From: Catajapyx aquilonaris
Lineage: Eukaryota
Direction of reading: 5' to 3'
NCBI GenBank assembly: GCA_000934665.2
Contig: JYFJ02003402.1
Span: 1 to 42,362, forward strand
Length of the DNA stretch: 42,362 nt
Shown here: one piece after another, positions 1 through 11,600 of the stretch
Layout of the letters: every line of letters begins with the position of its first letter
Position numbering within the stretch: the stretch's first letter is position 1
The notes under the pieces: generated by a model
Told to the model about the DNA's origin: nothing
What the model saw: only the letters and a program-made list of their open reading frames with translations
Databases searched by the model: none
Program-made: the position numbers and the translations under genes

Positions 1-94
1 TCCCAACCCCGCCGCGTCTCTAGATGCGGATAAACGATAAACTTTCCAGATTTTCATTGTTGCCTAACGCTTTCTTGAGCTGGAGTGTTTCTCC

Positions 95-107
95 GTAGCC
101 TAGCAAC
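95..107. promoter_or_regulatory. RFX X-box
   Basis: GTAGCC-T-AGCAAC matches the X-box consensus GTNRCC-N0-3-RGYAAC; a half site GTTGCC lies at 59-64. Confidence 0.4.
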
Positions 108-573
108 TTACGATTCGAACTGAGAGAAACAATGACACCATCTGTATTCTGGTCCAACTTGAGGAATTAATTGCGGGGTCCCTGGTCACTTCCCGGACTT
201 CAACCCCAGAAGCAAAGCAACGAATCAAAGGGTCGGCAAGCCGCAGGTACTGTTTCCTAATTGATTCGGCGAATGTCCCGTATACTTGACATAAGCCAAT
301 TAGTGTAACTGGCACACTAGATGGATGCATTTATCTTCAAAACTAGGCTGTTTCAATAGCCATTGCAAAGCTGGAAATAACATGGCATAGTTTGTAGCGG
401 TTTGTAGCTATGTCGCCATACTATGAGGTCGCGGGAGCATCTCCCTTGAATTGCCAAAATGCACAACTACTGCCAACAACCCGAGTCCTTTCTGGTGAGC
501 AGTGGCACGGCCGCGTTCCCTTCCAAATGAAATGTATGGACCCCCGGCCTTCCGACCGATGTTAACTAGGCAC

Positions 574-744
574 CTTTTCCTCCTTCTGCTCGACATCCCT
601 GGACGAGGAGGGTGTCGCCTCCTCCTCCACCTCTCCTGATCCGACGGCGGCCGTGCTTCCCACGCCTCCCTCATCCTCTTCGGGTCCCCCAGAGGAGCTT
701 CCGACCATGCCATCGCATCCTCCTGCATCTGACACGGACGCCAT
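574..744 (-). CDS. Possible first coding exon of an unidentified gene continuing off the left edge (acidic/Gly/Ser-rich N-terminus MASVSDAGGCDG...EQKEEK)
   Basis: ATG at 744 in good context (GAAATGGCG). Upstream there is a putative 71-nt 5'UTR intron 762-832 (CAG|GTAAGC...TTCCAG). The donor at 573 is weak (AAG|GTGCCT). No domain recognised and no convincing downstream exon found in the window. Confidence 0.3.
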
Positions 745-1447
745 TTCTTCCGACTCTTTCTCTGGAATTCGACGAAGCGACCCAGGCTTCCAACGCTCTT
801 CGCAGATGGCTATCCACAACCTAGCAGCTTACCTGCTTGATAAGTCTCATAGGCAACCATCACCACTAATTGTCTCAAAAAAAAACATGTGTTTACACAG
901 GTACACCCTTTGTCTATAATCCGTACATTACTCTCAATGGGTTCAATCAGATAGTTCGGCTTCAATTATGATCTCTAATTGCAAACCAGTTATTGCCAAA
1001 AAGCTGCGAAAAAGGAAGCTGCTACTGATAGTGGCTAGGCGCGTCCGAAAAATAGCGTCGCGAACACAGACCTCTCATTGGCTCAATTCAATCCACAATA
1101 TGAAGTCTTTTATTTCTCTTTTATTCCCAAAAAAGTATGGGAAAAATATACATATCACAACACAACAGGCCCATTTGATCATACACTTCATAGCACATTA
1201 ATATATATTTTTTGATTACATTTGGCATCAGTAGGTAACTTCCTAACCACAAGTGTAACGCCACAGGTGCCTTCAGATGTCATAGCATTTTTTGGTCATA
1301 GCAAGGTCATAGCAATTCAGAAATAGAACGTTCAGATGTGAACTCCAAGGGTTGTCCACATTTCTTTGAAGTGTGCAGTGATTGCTATTACTAGTGAATA
1401 TGCATGGTGGTTTTTGATGGCGATGCTTTCAAGTCTACTCAGTATGA

Positions 1448-2160
1448 TGTCTGATTACCGAAGAACAGATTTCTAGGTTCTAAAAAACCCTCAAATAGGT
1501 ATGCATTTAGTAATGGATACCCCATGATAGGCCCCTTGGGCCTCTTAGGGGATCATCTTTTGAATACCCGACTTTAATTATTTGCCTGTAATGTGATGGA
1601 TTTTGATTGCGGGAGGAAACGGGAGAACCCCGAGAAAACCCATGCCAACACGGAGAGAACCCATCGAAACTCTATCCACATAAGTATCCTCCGTCCGACC
1701 CAGAGATCGAACTCGGGACCTTAGAGGTGGAAGGCTGCGCCACTGACCACTCCGCCACCGTGTCACCCACCTGTGTGACAGTACAACTTTATGCGCTGAA
1801 TATTGACCTTTAGACGTCTCACAAAGCAACTGGATCATACTTGAAATGTTAAATGTCTTGTACGTACAGACAGTTCATCCGGCATGTTTATTGGCTACAT
1901 CATCTTCGCTATTCACATGTTGAAGCGGGAGGGATGACTTGAACGGAAATAAGGAAAGACTGCCGAAAATATTACGAAATTGCGTCAAAAAGGCCAGGCC
2001 ATTTAGGTCCCAACATCCAAAATAGGCTATTTTAGGTTTTATAAAACTATGATTTTTGAGGTCCATGTGTTATGAAACGGATAGATATTTAGGTTCTGGT
2101 GTTCTGCCTACAAAATAAAAAGTATGTAAAAACCTAGAAATCCGTTCTTTGCATCAGACA
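1448..2160. mobile_element. Degenerate non-autonomous TIR element (superfamily not assigned) hosting a SINE
   Basis: Imperfect ~30-bp inverted repeats: TGTCTGATtaccgAAGAACaGATTTCTAGGTT (1448-1479) versus revcomp of 2131-2160 TGTCTGATgcaAAGAACgGATTTCTAGGTT. Internal ATTTAGGT/AAATAGG motifs recur. No TSD visible. Confidence 0.55.
1590..1768 (-). mobile_element. tRNA-derived SINE with V-SINE-like central domain
   Basis: The minus strand has a tRNA-like head with A box TGGCGGAGTGG and B box GAGTTCGATC. It is followed by GTTCTCTCCGTGTTGGCATGGGTTTTCTCGGGGTTCTCCCGTTTCCTCCCGCA, which resembles the V domain of HE1/DANA-type SINEs (recalled consensus GTTCTCCCCGTGTCTGCGTGGGTTTCCTCCGGGTGCTCCGGTTTCCTCCCACA). 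The 3' boundary is approximate. Confidence 0.75.
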
Positions 2161-3710
2161 ACAAAAATATACCCCTGATTACATGAGTGGCATTTATTGA
2201 GGTTTTTAGTAGTAGTGCTGGAAGGAGCATATCATTTTTCCTAACCTTCTCAAACTCTGTATCCTCCTATGCACCACGCCAGATGGCTTTTTGATATTGC
2301 TGCACACTTCACATGTCCACGCTTTTAGGAAATAACACATGCTCAATGACTTCTGAAAACCCATGTACAAGTCACTGAACAAACATGTACTGTAATATTT
2401 GCAACCGTACCAGAGTAGCTGCACTAAATGAAAAATATACCCAGAATAACACGCAACATCATTAAGATGTGTACAAGACTGTACCTTTCTTCAGACTTAC
2501 TCGTTAATAAATAGCCAGCTGTCTTGAATAACAATCACAGTGCTGCTCTTTAGAACTGGCTGAATTATCGCTGTTACTGGCAAAAAGAAAGAGTCAAGAT
2601 GGTCTGTACTACCCTGCACTACAGTAAAATTACTACGATTTGTACGGTAACAGATTATGACAATTACTACAAATCATACTTTTAAATGTTATTGCCGTAT
2701 ATAATTGCAAAAAATTTAATGTACCCTAAGGAATAATTCCATCACAGAAGTCCTATGGAAAGAGTACTGAGCATATAATTTTAATACTACAACAAACTGT
2801 TGCAGTGCTATGTACACCTCAGCAATCTTGCCACCTGCACAAGAACCTGAACATCACTTGCAGTACAACTCTTCCAGTAGTTCTTAAACAATGATTCTGG
2901 GCAGAGACCAATGTTGTGTCATTTTATGCCTTACCATTTGGTTTCATGATCAAAATAACAAAACCAACTTTGGCATCCTAAGACATAACTATGAGATTAA
3001 TGACAATGCTGCATTCAGAATATTGCTGTTTACAAACTGCTGGATTGGAGCTCTCATATGAGATCTTCAAATTGCTGCATAGAAGGTAAAAATTCATTAA
3101 TCAGGATGGAAAGTTTGTGAGAAAGATATTAAGGGAATGAAGATTTGATTGATTGGTGAATGGCAATAACTCAAGTGTTCTAGTACTGCAGTGTAAAAAT
3201 TGCATGCAGATTATTTCATAAATTCCCAGTGTTTGTAGTGTCCTCCTCTTCCACATTTTATCTGTATGACAGGTTAGCTCTCAGATAATTTGCCTAGAAA
3301 AATTCGTATTATGTAGATGTGAAACTAGACAGTTCTGCTGGCAAGGAATAGGACATTTCTGATCCTCAATGAGCTTTAAGAGACCTCCAGCATATTTTTC
3401 TCCCTTGGTAATGTTCAAACAGTTAAAAACAAATAACCTGACTAGTTACGCAGCTAGCTATGGCCTCTTGGCTACTTGATTTGATGCAGAAAGAACATCT
3501 GTAAGACAGATGTGTGCACCATACATGAGGAATACAGTCTTGGGTGCGACATATGAAGCTATTACTAAATTCCTCTTACAATTATTCCCACAGAGTGCGT
3601 GGGATGAGATAATGTGTCCACCTGTTCACCCACTGACCACATTTCTTCCTGCCCGTCTCTGCTAAATAGAGTTGCAGCCTCTTTTCTCCATTAAAAATAG
3701 CATAAAGGTA

Positions 3711-3782
3711 ATAACAGACCTGGTTTATAGCAGATTGTTTTCCACGGTCCCTTTAAGTCTGTTATATCAGGAGTCTACTGTA
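3711..3782. mobile_element. Right-end fragment of a Tigger/pogo-like MITE related to 5356-5533
   Basis: ATAACAGACC...TTTCCACGGTCCCTTTAAGTCTGTTATATCAGGAGTCTACTGTA aligns to 5464-5535 (ATAACAGACC...TTTCCACTGTCCCTTGAAGTCTGTTATATCCGGATTCAACTATA). Confidence 0.6.
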
Positions 3783-3892
3783 ATAGTCTTGCATAAAATT
3801 TTCTTGTATCCAGTAAAAAAATCATGGTCAGACACCAATATCTTGGATGTTATTTAACAATAATAAAACTAACTCCTTCTTTTGCACATGCC

Positions 3893-6196
3893 TTACTTTT
3901 GGGCTGGATTCCCTACACACTTCTTCTTATGTGTGTTCCAGTGTATTCTTTGGCAAAATCTATTGCAGTAATGGGCCATGTGACACCTTGAACACCGCAA
4001 AGTGGCCATAGGGTGCTGGCAAGTTGCACAAGGTGCTGGAGGGAAGGGGGCATCAGCAGAAAAAGAGGGGTCAGAGGGTGGGGATGGAGGTTCAGGGGGA
4101 GGAGCAGTGCGCCATGCAGACTGCCCACAGAGAGTGGCTTGCAACAGCTGAGAGGCTGAGGGATACCATTCCCCATCTCCACCATCTCCTTCTCCATTTT
4201 CTTGGGCGAGTGAGGTCACCAACTGCCTGAAGACAGTGCTTCCACGCCAAGGGAAGGTGCGAACTGCCTCCCTCAGCAGGACTTCGACACGAACAGGACA
4301 ACCATCACTACGCTGGGTCTTCCACAGGGCTTTGGCAACTCCGTCCAGTATGGTTGCAGTGTCTGCATCTGAATTCTTCTTTTGCAATGCAGTCGCCTCT
4401 TCCTGCATTGCAATAAAAAATTTATACTAATACAATCCTGAACAACTAGTTGCTGCATGAACGAATTCATTGCTGTGCCAGCATAAACTGACTTACTATG
4501 TTAGCACAGGTCCAAAAGTGCAAGTAACAACCAACCTGAATGGCATTCAGTACATGATGTAAGACATGAAACTTGATGGCCAGAAGCTCACTGCCAACTC
4601 CTCCTCCACCTTCCCCTCCAGCTTGTCCTTCCTGGCTCAACATAATCTGCCGTTGGCTCATCTTCTGCAGAACCATACACACTCTGCCAAGGTGTGTGAA
4701 AAGAAGGCCGCAGCCTGCTCCTCCACCCCCCATCAGAAGCACAACCAAGCGCACAGGATGAACACTGGACTGGGATACCAATCGATGCATCGGTACCACC
4801 AGTTCTGGGCTGAGACGCTCCCCACCACCTGGAGCATTCACCCACATCTCTACTTCTTCCCTGGACACAAAGCTGTTGATAGCTGTAACACACTGGTGGT
4901 TGCCTGTATTTGATTGTAGAATGCAACATATCAGTGGAAATATACTTGAATAGCTTTCTTCAATAATTGAAGGGGTCGGTGCAATACTGCCCTAACCCTC
5001 CCAAACCTCATTTTGAGAAAACTGCAGTTGAAAGTTTGAGAGGCCATATACATCCCATATACCATGTGACTTATTTCATTTGATTTCTCAGTGACCGATG
5101 GCAGAAACTGCACAATTTCAATGGATTTTATTAGATACATGAGTGTAGTACATGGAAGTGTGCTTAACTCAATTTGTGTCATTTGGTGGGTTAGGGCGGT
5201 ATTGCACCGACCCCTTCAATTATCGAAACTTAAACCTCTTTAACTTCATGCTGCAGAGTGATGCAAGATCCACAATACAACACATTCCCATTGCATCCCC
5301 AAATATGTTATGAAAATGCCCTTGAGTTCTGCCTCCTAGATGCCTCCCCAAACTACAGTTGAATCCGGATATAACAGCCTTGGCTAAAACAGACTTTAGG
5401 TTATAACAGACTCAAAAGGCCGATCCCGCCATACTTATTTGTATATGGCCTTTGTATTCGGCTATAACAGACCTCTGCTAAAACAGACTGATTTCCACTG
5501 TCCCTTGAAGTCTGTTATATCCGGATTCAACTATATAACATTATGTCGCACACTACCAAAATAGCTTTTAACGTTTTGTAAAGGTGTCTCTACAATAGGC
5601 AATATGGAAAGAAGCATTTATGACATATTCGAGGTCATTTGGAGTAGCCTATCAAGTTGTTCATTTGGTTCCATTCTACCTTGTTTAAAGTATGATTGGG
5701 TAAATACCAACAAAAGCTGCCATCTGTGATGGAGTGCGCTTGATGGAATTGGTAGCATCCCTGTCCGCTCCATGTTCCAACAGGAGGAGGACAGTCTCAG
5801 CACTGCCCGAGAGAGCCGCAAAGTGGAGTGGGGAGTAGGCATGTTCATGATGGCCTCCATTAGGATCTGCTCCCTTTTGATGAAAACAGAGGTAAAATGA
5901 GAAAAACTAGCAAAACATCCAACAATAAAATTCAACAACGTCGCGGTTGATACCTGGTCCAGCAGAAGCATGCAAGCCTTATGGTTCCCCTTGTAAGCTG
6001 CATGCTGCAAGGCTGTCATCCCATGTTCATCTTCTGCGTCCACCCCAGTGGTATTAGCAGCAAGAAGGGCTTGCACTTTCACAAGTCCATCTTCCCCCTT
6101 GCTCAAGGCATCCACAATTTCCTTCATCCAGCCTCCTGCGGCATCCCCTCCTTTCCCTTCTCCAATCCTCATCTCTCCCTCATTCACGAGCACCAT
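3893..6196 (-). CDS. ANKMY2: Ankyrin repeat and MYND domain-containing protein 2, 428 aa
   Basis: Exons 6196-5954, 5873-5708, 4903-4536 and 4402-3893, all GT-AG and phase-consistent (0,1,0), total 1287 nt. N-terminal ankyrin repeats (GMTALQHAAYKGN, YSPLHFAALSG, KRTPSQMAAFVGNHQCV), central VHPVRLV motif and C-terminal MYND finger CATC..RCSRC..YCNRFCQRIHWNTHKKKC. Confidence 0.93.
4966..5220. mobile_element. MITE (255 bp) in ANKMY2 coding intron 2
   Basis: 33-bp TIRs with one mismatch, ATTGAAGGGGTCGGTGCAATAC(T/C)GCCCTAACCC, flanked by TA (4964-4965, 5221-5222), consistent with a Tc1/mariner-type TA TSD. No coding capacity. Confidence 0.85.
5356..5533. mobile_element. Tigger/pogo-like MITE (178 bp) in ANKMY2 coding intron 2
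   Basis: TIRs CAGTTGAATCCGGATATAACAG / CTGTTATATCCGGATTCAACTA, TA flanks at 5354-5355 and 5534-5535, and internal repeats of (AT/AA)AACAGAC. Confidence 0.85.
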
Positions 6197-6235
6197 ACTG
6201 CAGAAGATGGCAAGTTCCTTTCAAGTTCCTATAAT

Positions 6236-6249
6236 GTTGCCACGAAAAC
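6236..6249. promoter_or_regulatory. RFX X-box-like site just upstream of the ANKMY2 ATG
   Basis: GTTGCCACGAAAAC (revcomp GTTTTCGTGGCAAC), 40 nt from the start codon. A second weaker site, GTTTCCACGGACAA, lies at 6300-6313. Confidence 0.45.
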
Positions 6250-6471
6250 CCGAAGTCTGGAATACAATGAAAAGCTTTCAGATTAATTTGAGGCTTCCAG
6301 TTTCCACGGACAATCAATGAATCAATACATCACTATCTGCAAATGGACTGCTTCTCAGTTGATTACTCAATTTGTGCCCATTGCAGGAACATATATATTG
6401 AAAGAAGTGTCCGGTTCGATGGCTAAATAAGTTGCAATGCCAATTAAGTCTCCCTGGCCAGCTGGACTCAC

Positions 6472-6620
6472 CTGATGGCACTCCACCCAGGGGCAGGGCA
6501 CAGTCAAGGGTTGCTGCTCTGAGAAGGACGGACGCCGAACGGACAATTATAAGACGCAACGCAGTCCCCCGGTGCTCGTGTCTTGCCTCTCGATCAGTCA
6601 CAAATGGGGACAAGTGCACT
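6472..6620 (-). other. ANKMY2: Predicted non-coding first exon of ANKMY2 (5' end approximate)
   Basis: Consensus donor TCAG|GTGAGT at 6471 and acceptor TTCTGCAG|TATG at 6198, directly before the ATG; CpG-richer context. Confidence 0.5.
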
Positions 6621-6626
6621 CTCCTC

Positions 6627-6660
6627 TCGACAGATGGCAGCTTGCACCCAGGTGGCGGGC
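6627..6660 (+). promoter_or_regulatory. Pair of CTCF-like motifs at the putative ANKMY2 promoter
   Basis: TCGACAGATGGCAGCT (6627-6642) and CACCCAGGTGGCGGGC (6645-6660) resemble the CTCF core AGRKGGCR. Confidence 0.3.
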
Positions 6661-8069
6661 AGTTTGAAATGGCAGTCATCAGGATGTCCACTGGAAGCAG
6701 CTTGATGAACCACAGTTTCAGTGGAAATTGGAGAAAAGTGACCATATTTCGACTTCCGTGCTATCTTATCTGTGATGTGTTGCAACATGCCTGTGACAGT
6801 GGGAAACTAACAACAGATTAGGTGATCTGGTGCAAACATCGGTGCACTGTACCACCTTTGACACCAATGTATTTTTAAATGCACTGTGAACTGCAGCACA
6901 TGACACTGACGATCATTTTCCAGCAATTAAGATGTGCTATTCAATCACTCATTTTAGGCTAATGTTGCTTGCACAGTTTCTTTACATTTTACGTGATCTA
7001 AAGTAGCAACTGGCAAACCGGTAGCCATAGTAGTAAGTTGTCTTGGTATTGTTACAAATAAAGTACTGATTAAATATTCACTTTCATAATGGTTTTTAAA
7101 AAATTTCTTCAATTTCATAATTTTGTTTTTTCCAATGAATTAAAAAAAAACACACACACTTTCATTGCAGGGCCTCGTAATGTATTCAAGGTATAAAAAA
7201 TCCATTTCCCTGTGTTGCTGCACTCGGTCATTTCCTGACACGAGAAACAAAAAGTAAGGGTGTCGGGGCACTTTCCCCTAATGCTTTAAAGGGATTGGTG
7301 GAAAATAGCATGGCTGACAAGATTGATAGGAGGGGGTTCATGAGTTTAAAAAAAAAGTTGGTGCACAACTACCTCAATTCACATAGAAAAAATAAAACAT
7401 TCCATCATCCAATATATCAATTTTCCAATATTCCAGACACAACCCATCCATTTCAAGATAACAAAATACAATACTTTAAATCAGACCAAGTGTTCTAAAT
7501 ATTGATATTCTTTGGTGGACACGTGAACTTCCAAAATTTCAGGTCATCAATGTACTGAGAATTGCACAAAAAAAACCTCACCCATTTAAAGCAGGGTCTT
7601 ACAAACACCTGCCTTTAACACACACACACACACATATGAATGCTAAGGGTCAATTCCATCACAGTATGCGAAAAGGCAACAAATACTTCAGCTGATACTC
7701 TCATCAATTTCTTCATTCAGGTTTGATAGGTTTCACATATACCTGGGCCCCCACTTGGGGGTCCAGTGCTGATATAAGAGTTACAATCAGTTCCTCAGCC
7801 ATGTACCCTAGGCCTATCTCAAGGAGGAAGGATCGCCACTAGAATAATATTATAACATGCTGCATTTGTGCAATTTGACATGTATATGCAGCTGCTATGA
7901 TCCGTATAATACATGTGTACAATGGAAAATATAAAGGGAAGGGGAGTTAAAATAGACAGCACACTATATTGTAATATAATAGTTCTTTGAAGCAGCTGAT
8001 GGGTGCAGGAAGGGAAGGGGAACCTTTTTCTTTGAATGATAAGACAATCCGAGTTGTGCAGTGGGACAC

Positions 8070-8645
8070 TCAGGACAGTTCAAATCCTGTGTTGGAAGTG
8101 ATGGCATATCTGAGCTTATCCCTGAGGGTGCTCTTCTTCTGGTAGTTGGGAAGCTTCAGCACATTGAAGCAGGTGGATGATGTGGGTAGACGGTTCACTG
8201 GGTCCTTCTTCCGAATTGTGAAGAAGCCTCGAATCACACTCCCTGTTGAAGATGTAGCAGTAAAAAGGCAGGTTCATGTATTTACAAGGGATTATTCCAA
8301 GTGAGTGTCATGAATATGTCAGATTTTATGAGGGAGACGGAGTGGCGCCGCGGTAACGCGTGCGCCCACGGAAGTTAAGGTCCCGGGTTCAATCCCCACC
8401 CGGGGTTCCCACCTTCTTTCGTGCAGAGTGAGACCGTCTCTGGCTTCGTTTCGGGTGGCGATCCTTTCACATATGCCACCCGGGGGAGTTCACAAAACGG
8501 CACATCAACGACATTGCACACGCACTTTGCACATCCCCTCCTACCTACCCTTGGAACACACTAAATACCATCTTAGTATACCGGTTCCACCCAAATGGTG
8601 GTATTTCCACCCCCCTAAAGGAAATGTAACTCCCAATGGGGTAAT

Positions 8646-8699
<54 letters not shown>

Positions 8700-11600
8700 A
8701 GATTTTAGGCATGCTTTCATGCTCACCAGGGCAAGTCCCAAGCTTCCCTCCATGTACAAAATCAGATTAGTGTTGTAGCTATACAAATTGTGGTTATTAC
8801 ATAAAGCTCCACATCAAACTCCACCCACCTAGAGTGTCCCCTGTGTCCTCGTCATCAGCCACTTCGACACACCTGACAGAGAAGGGAGGTTCTAGATGGG
8901 CAAATCCCAGGAGAGGGGCTTTTGAACAGCTGGTGGTAAACTTAAGAAACAGTCTACGCTCCTCCTCATTGAAGTCCTTCTCCAGAATGTCCCAAAGCCA
9001 GCGCACAACACGGTGGGAGTCATGAAACCCTCCATAGTACTGTGTGTGCCGCCTGAGATCCTTCAGGTCCAGAGGAGAGTTGTCCCCAGATATCAGCCTC
9101 TGCAGCTAGTTCCAAGTAGAACAAAATGACTTTTCTGTATCCACAATCCCAGTTAATGATATGTAAATGGCAAGCAACATCAAAGCGCTTGGCAGAGTCA
9201 TAATGCTTACCTCAGGAGCAGAAAACAAGGACAGCCAATCTGGGTTGATAAGAGTCCGGAACCCACGCAGAAAGGCCTGGGTCTGGCCCTTGATCTGGGT
9301 ATGCATCCGAAAATGAGCCACCAGATGTATGTAACCAATCCGATTGTGATTAGTTACAGGGACAGCTCTCCCTCCAGGCATCAGTTCATGGGTCACTAGC
9401 CTCCCCAGTACATCTTCATCCAGGGAGAAGGTCAGTTCCAGCTGAGATACGTCCCCATCATAGTGACGAACATATGAAAGGCTCTTGGACAGCTCTGGAT
9501 CTAATGAGGCCAACTCATCTACAGCTGAGTAGCATGGAGCTGGGGCAGCTGGACCTTGGGAGGATGGCCCAGGGGCAGATGGGACTGGGCCAGGAGCAGC
9601 CAAAAGTTGGGTTAGAAAGAATGGAGCAAAAGGCGCATCTACCACAATCCCCTCATACACTGCCTTGCCCAACAGGCGGCCCACAAACTCAAACAGCTGG
9701 AGATGATCTTCCTGCAAATTTAATCATAAAATTATATGTATGGGCCATGTACTGGACATAAAGCAATAACAGTAGTTATTACTTCACAGGAAATAACCAA
9801 ATGGCTGACCTGTAAGTGCGAAAGGGGTGAAGGATATAGCCTGTTGTCTGCAGTAGCCTTAAACAAGTTGAAAGAGGGGTCAAACACCGTCCGGAGTGAT
9901 TCTTCCAGGAACTCCTTGAACACCCCATCCTGGTCTATGCCTGCCTCATCTAGTCCCTGCTGGTTGACAAACCTCACCCTCACCAAGCCCTTCAGGGAAG
10001 CTGGCCTTAAAGCAGCCATCTGCCTGAAGCCATCCTCCACCAACCTCCCACGCTGGACAGTAAGAAGCGTTGAGTGAGGAGATGCACATGCAGATTCGGT
10101 GAGACCCAGGACAGACTTTTCTGATGCCACCTGCCTTCGAAAAAGAAGGACACGCTCCTCGTGAGGCACAACATGTGGTACCTGTTTGAAATAAAAAAAA
10201 TTTAAAACCCATATTAAATCACTGGAAAAGTACACATCTATATTTGTACATCAAAACAAGAACATGCCTTCTGCAGCAGGAGCTGAGCTGCCCTTTTCCC
10301 TTTCTCCAGCTCTTGTAGAAAGTTCTGAATGCGAACAACATCAGGCCTCAGCAGCCAGTGCCCTTTAGGAGCAAATGGCCTCCTACAGTCTCGCCTGTAG
10401 AGAGCCATGAGGGCTGAATGGAGGCACTGGAACAGGGGGCTTCCCCCTGACTGGACTGCTCGAGGGTCAAGTAAGCCTGGAGTCCAGACACAACGAATGA
10501 GCAGCTGGTTGAGGAACCCACCGAGGGCAATCAGCTCAGACAGCTGAAAGGGGCGCTGCTGGTCATACATCTCCACATCGTCCAAGAGGGTGATGCAGTG
10601 GGCCAGGCAGTCACAAAATAGCATCAGCATACGGAACTCTGGTGATGGAGACATGGGAGAGGCAGCGGCTGGGCAGGCGGAAAGAAGATCTAAGAAAAAA
10701 CGGGCTGGGGGAGGAGGGGATGAGGGGGAGGAAGGACCCATGGTTGCAATGAACCGCCACAGAGGTGCCAAGAGATCTGTCTGGTAGCACACCCCAGAGA
10801 GGATATCTAATCGAAGCTGGGTCAGGGTATGGAGAGCCCTATGATAGGCAGAGCAGCTGAGGGCTACACGCATCACCTGTGTGAAACAAAGTGAATCAGA
10901 GACGGATGCTCACTGGATGTTGGTTGCCTCCCTTTGGTCAACCTTCAACACACCTGCGGGCATCCCAAGGGCAGTCGTGTTTTGTGGTCAGCCGCCAGAG
11001 AGGATGCATTAAAAACAGCACCCAAGAGCCTGGCTCCCCACAGGAGTTGCAGTTGCTCCTGAACTTGTGGCAAGGATTGATGCATCACATCTGATTCTGG
11101 GTCCTGGTCACCTGTAGCTGGCCGCTGGGCAAACCAGCCTAAAACAGGATGCCAGTGGGTCAGGCTGCCTTGCCGCTGGCCCACATGCCTCTGCAGGCTC
11201 TCCAAGAGATGGCTAACAACAGTCACTAAACGCTCTGCCATCTCAGGATTCGGGGTTTCCAGAGAGGCAAGGTGGACTAAGTTTGCTAGCAGGCAAAGGG
11301 CGTAATTTGCCTGGAAAAAACATGTAATAATATTATTGCACTTCAAATGCGTGCACGGAAGATGACACAATAATTAATCACTAAACAATGCATGTGCAGA
11401 GAGAAACTTGAAACAAACCAACAAAACTGTGCCTATCAGACAACATTAAAAGACCATTACCTGGAGGGAATGAAACACTATGCGTGTGCTCTGCTCTGGT
11501 GCCAATAACCGAAGTGTGTGTGAGAGCAGCTCTGCACTGCGCAGCCTGGCGAGCTGTTTTGGGCTGTGGGCTTGCATCCGGTGCACTAAGGCTGGCAGGG

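Noticed and set aside
2200..3700. Possible decayed transposase or LINE downstream of ANKMY2
   Set aside because: No recognisable protein motif in the frames I examined and no termini.
8331..8405. tRNA-like sequence (also 28545-28620 and 1697-1768)
   Set aside because: I could not fold a proper cloverleaf. Each is followed by a SINE body, with poly-A and TSD in two cases, so they are SINE heads rather than tRNA genes.
8428..8786. ORFs with poly-Lys or poly-Phe
   Set aside because: Translations of the SINE poly-A tail.
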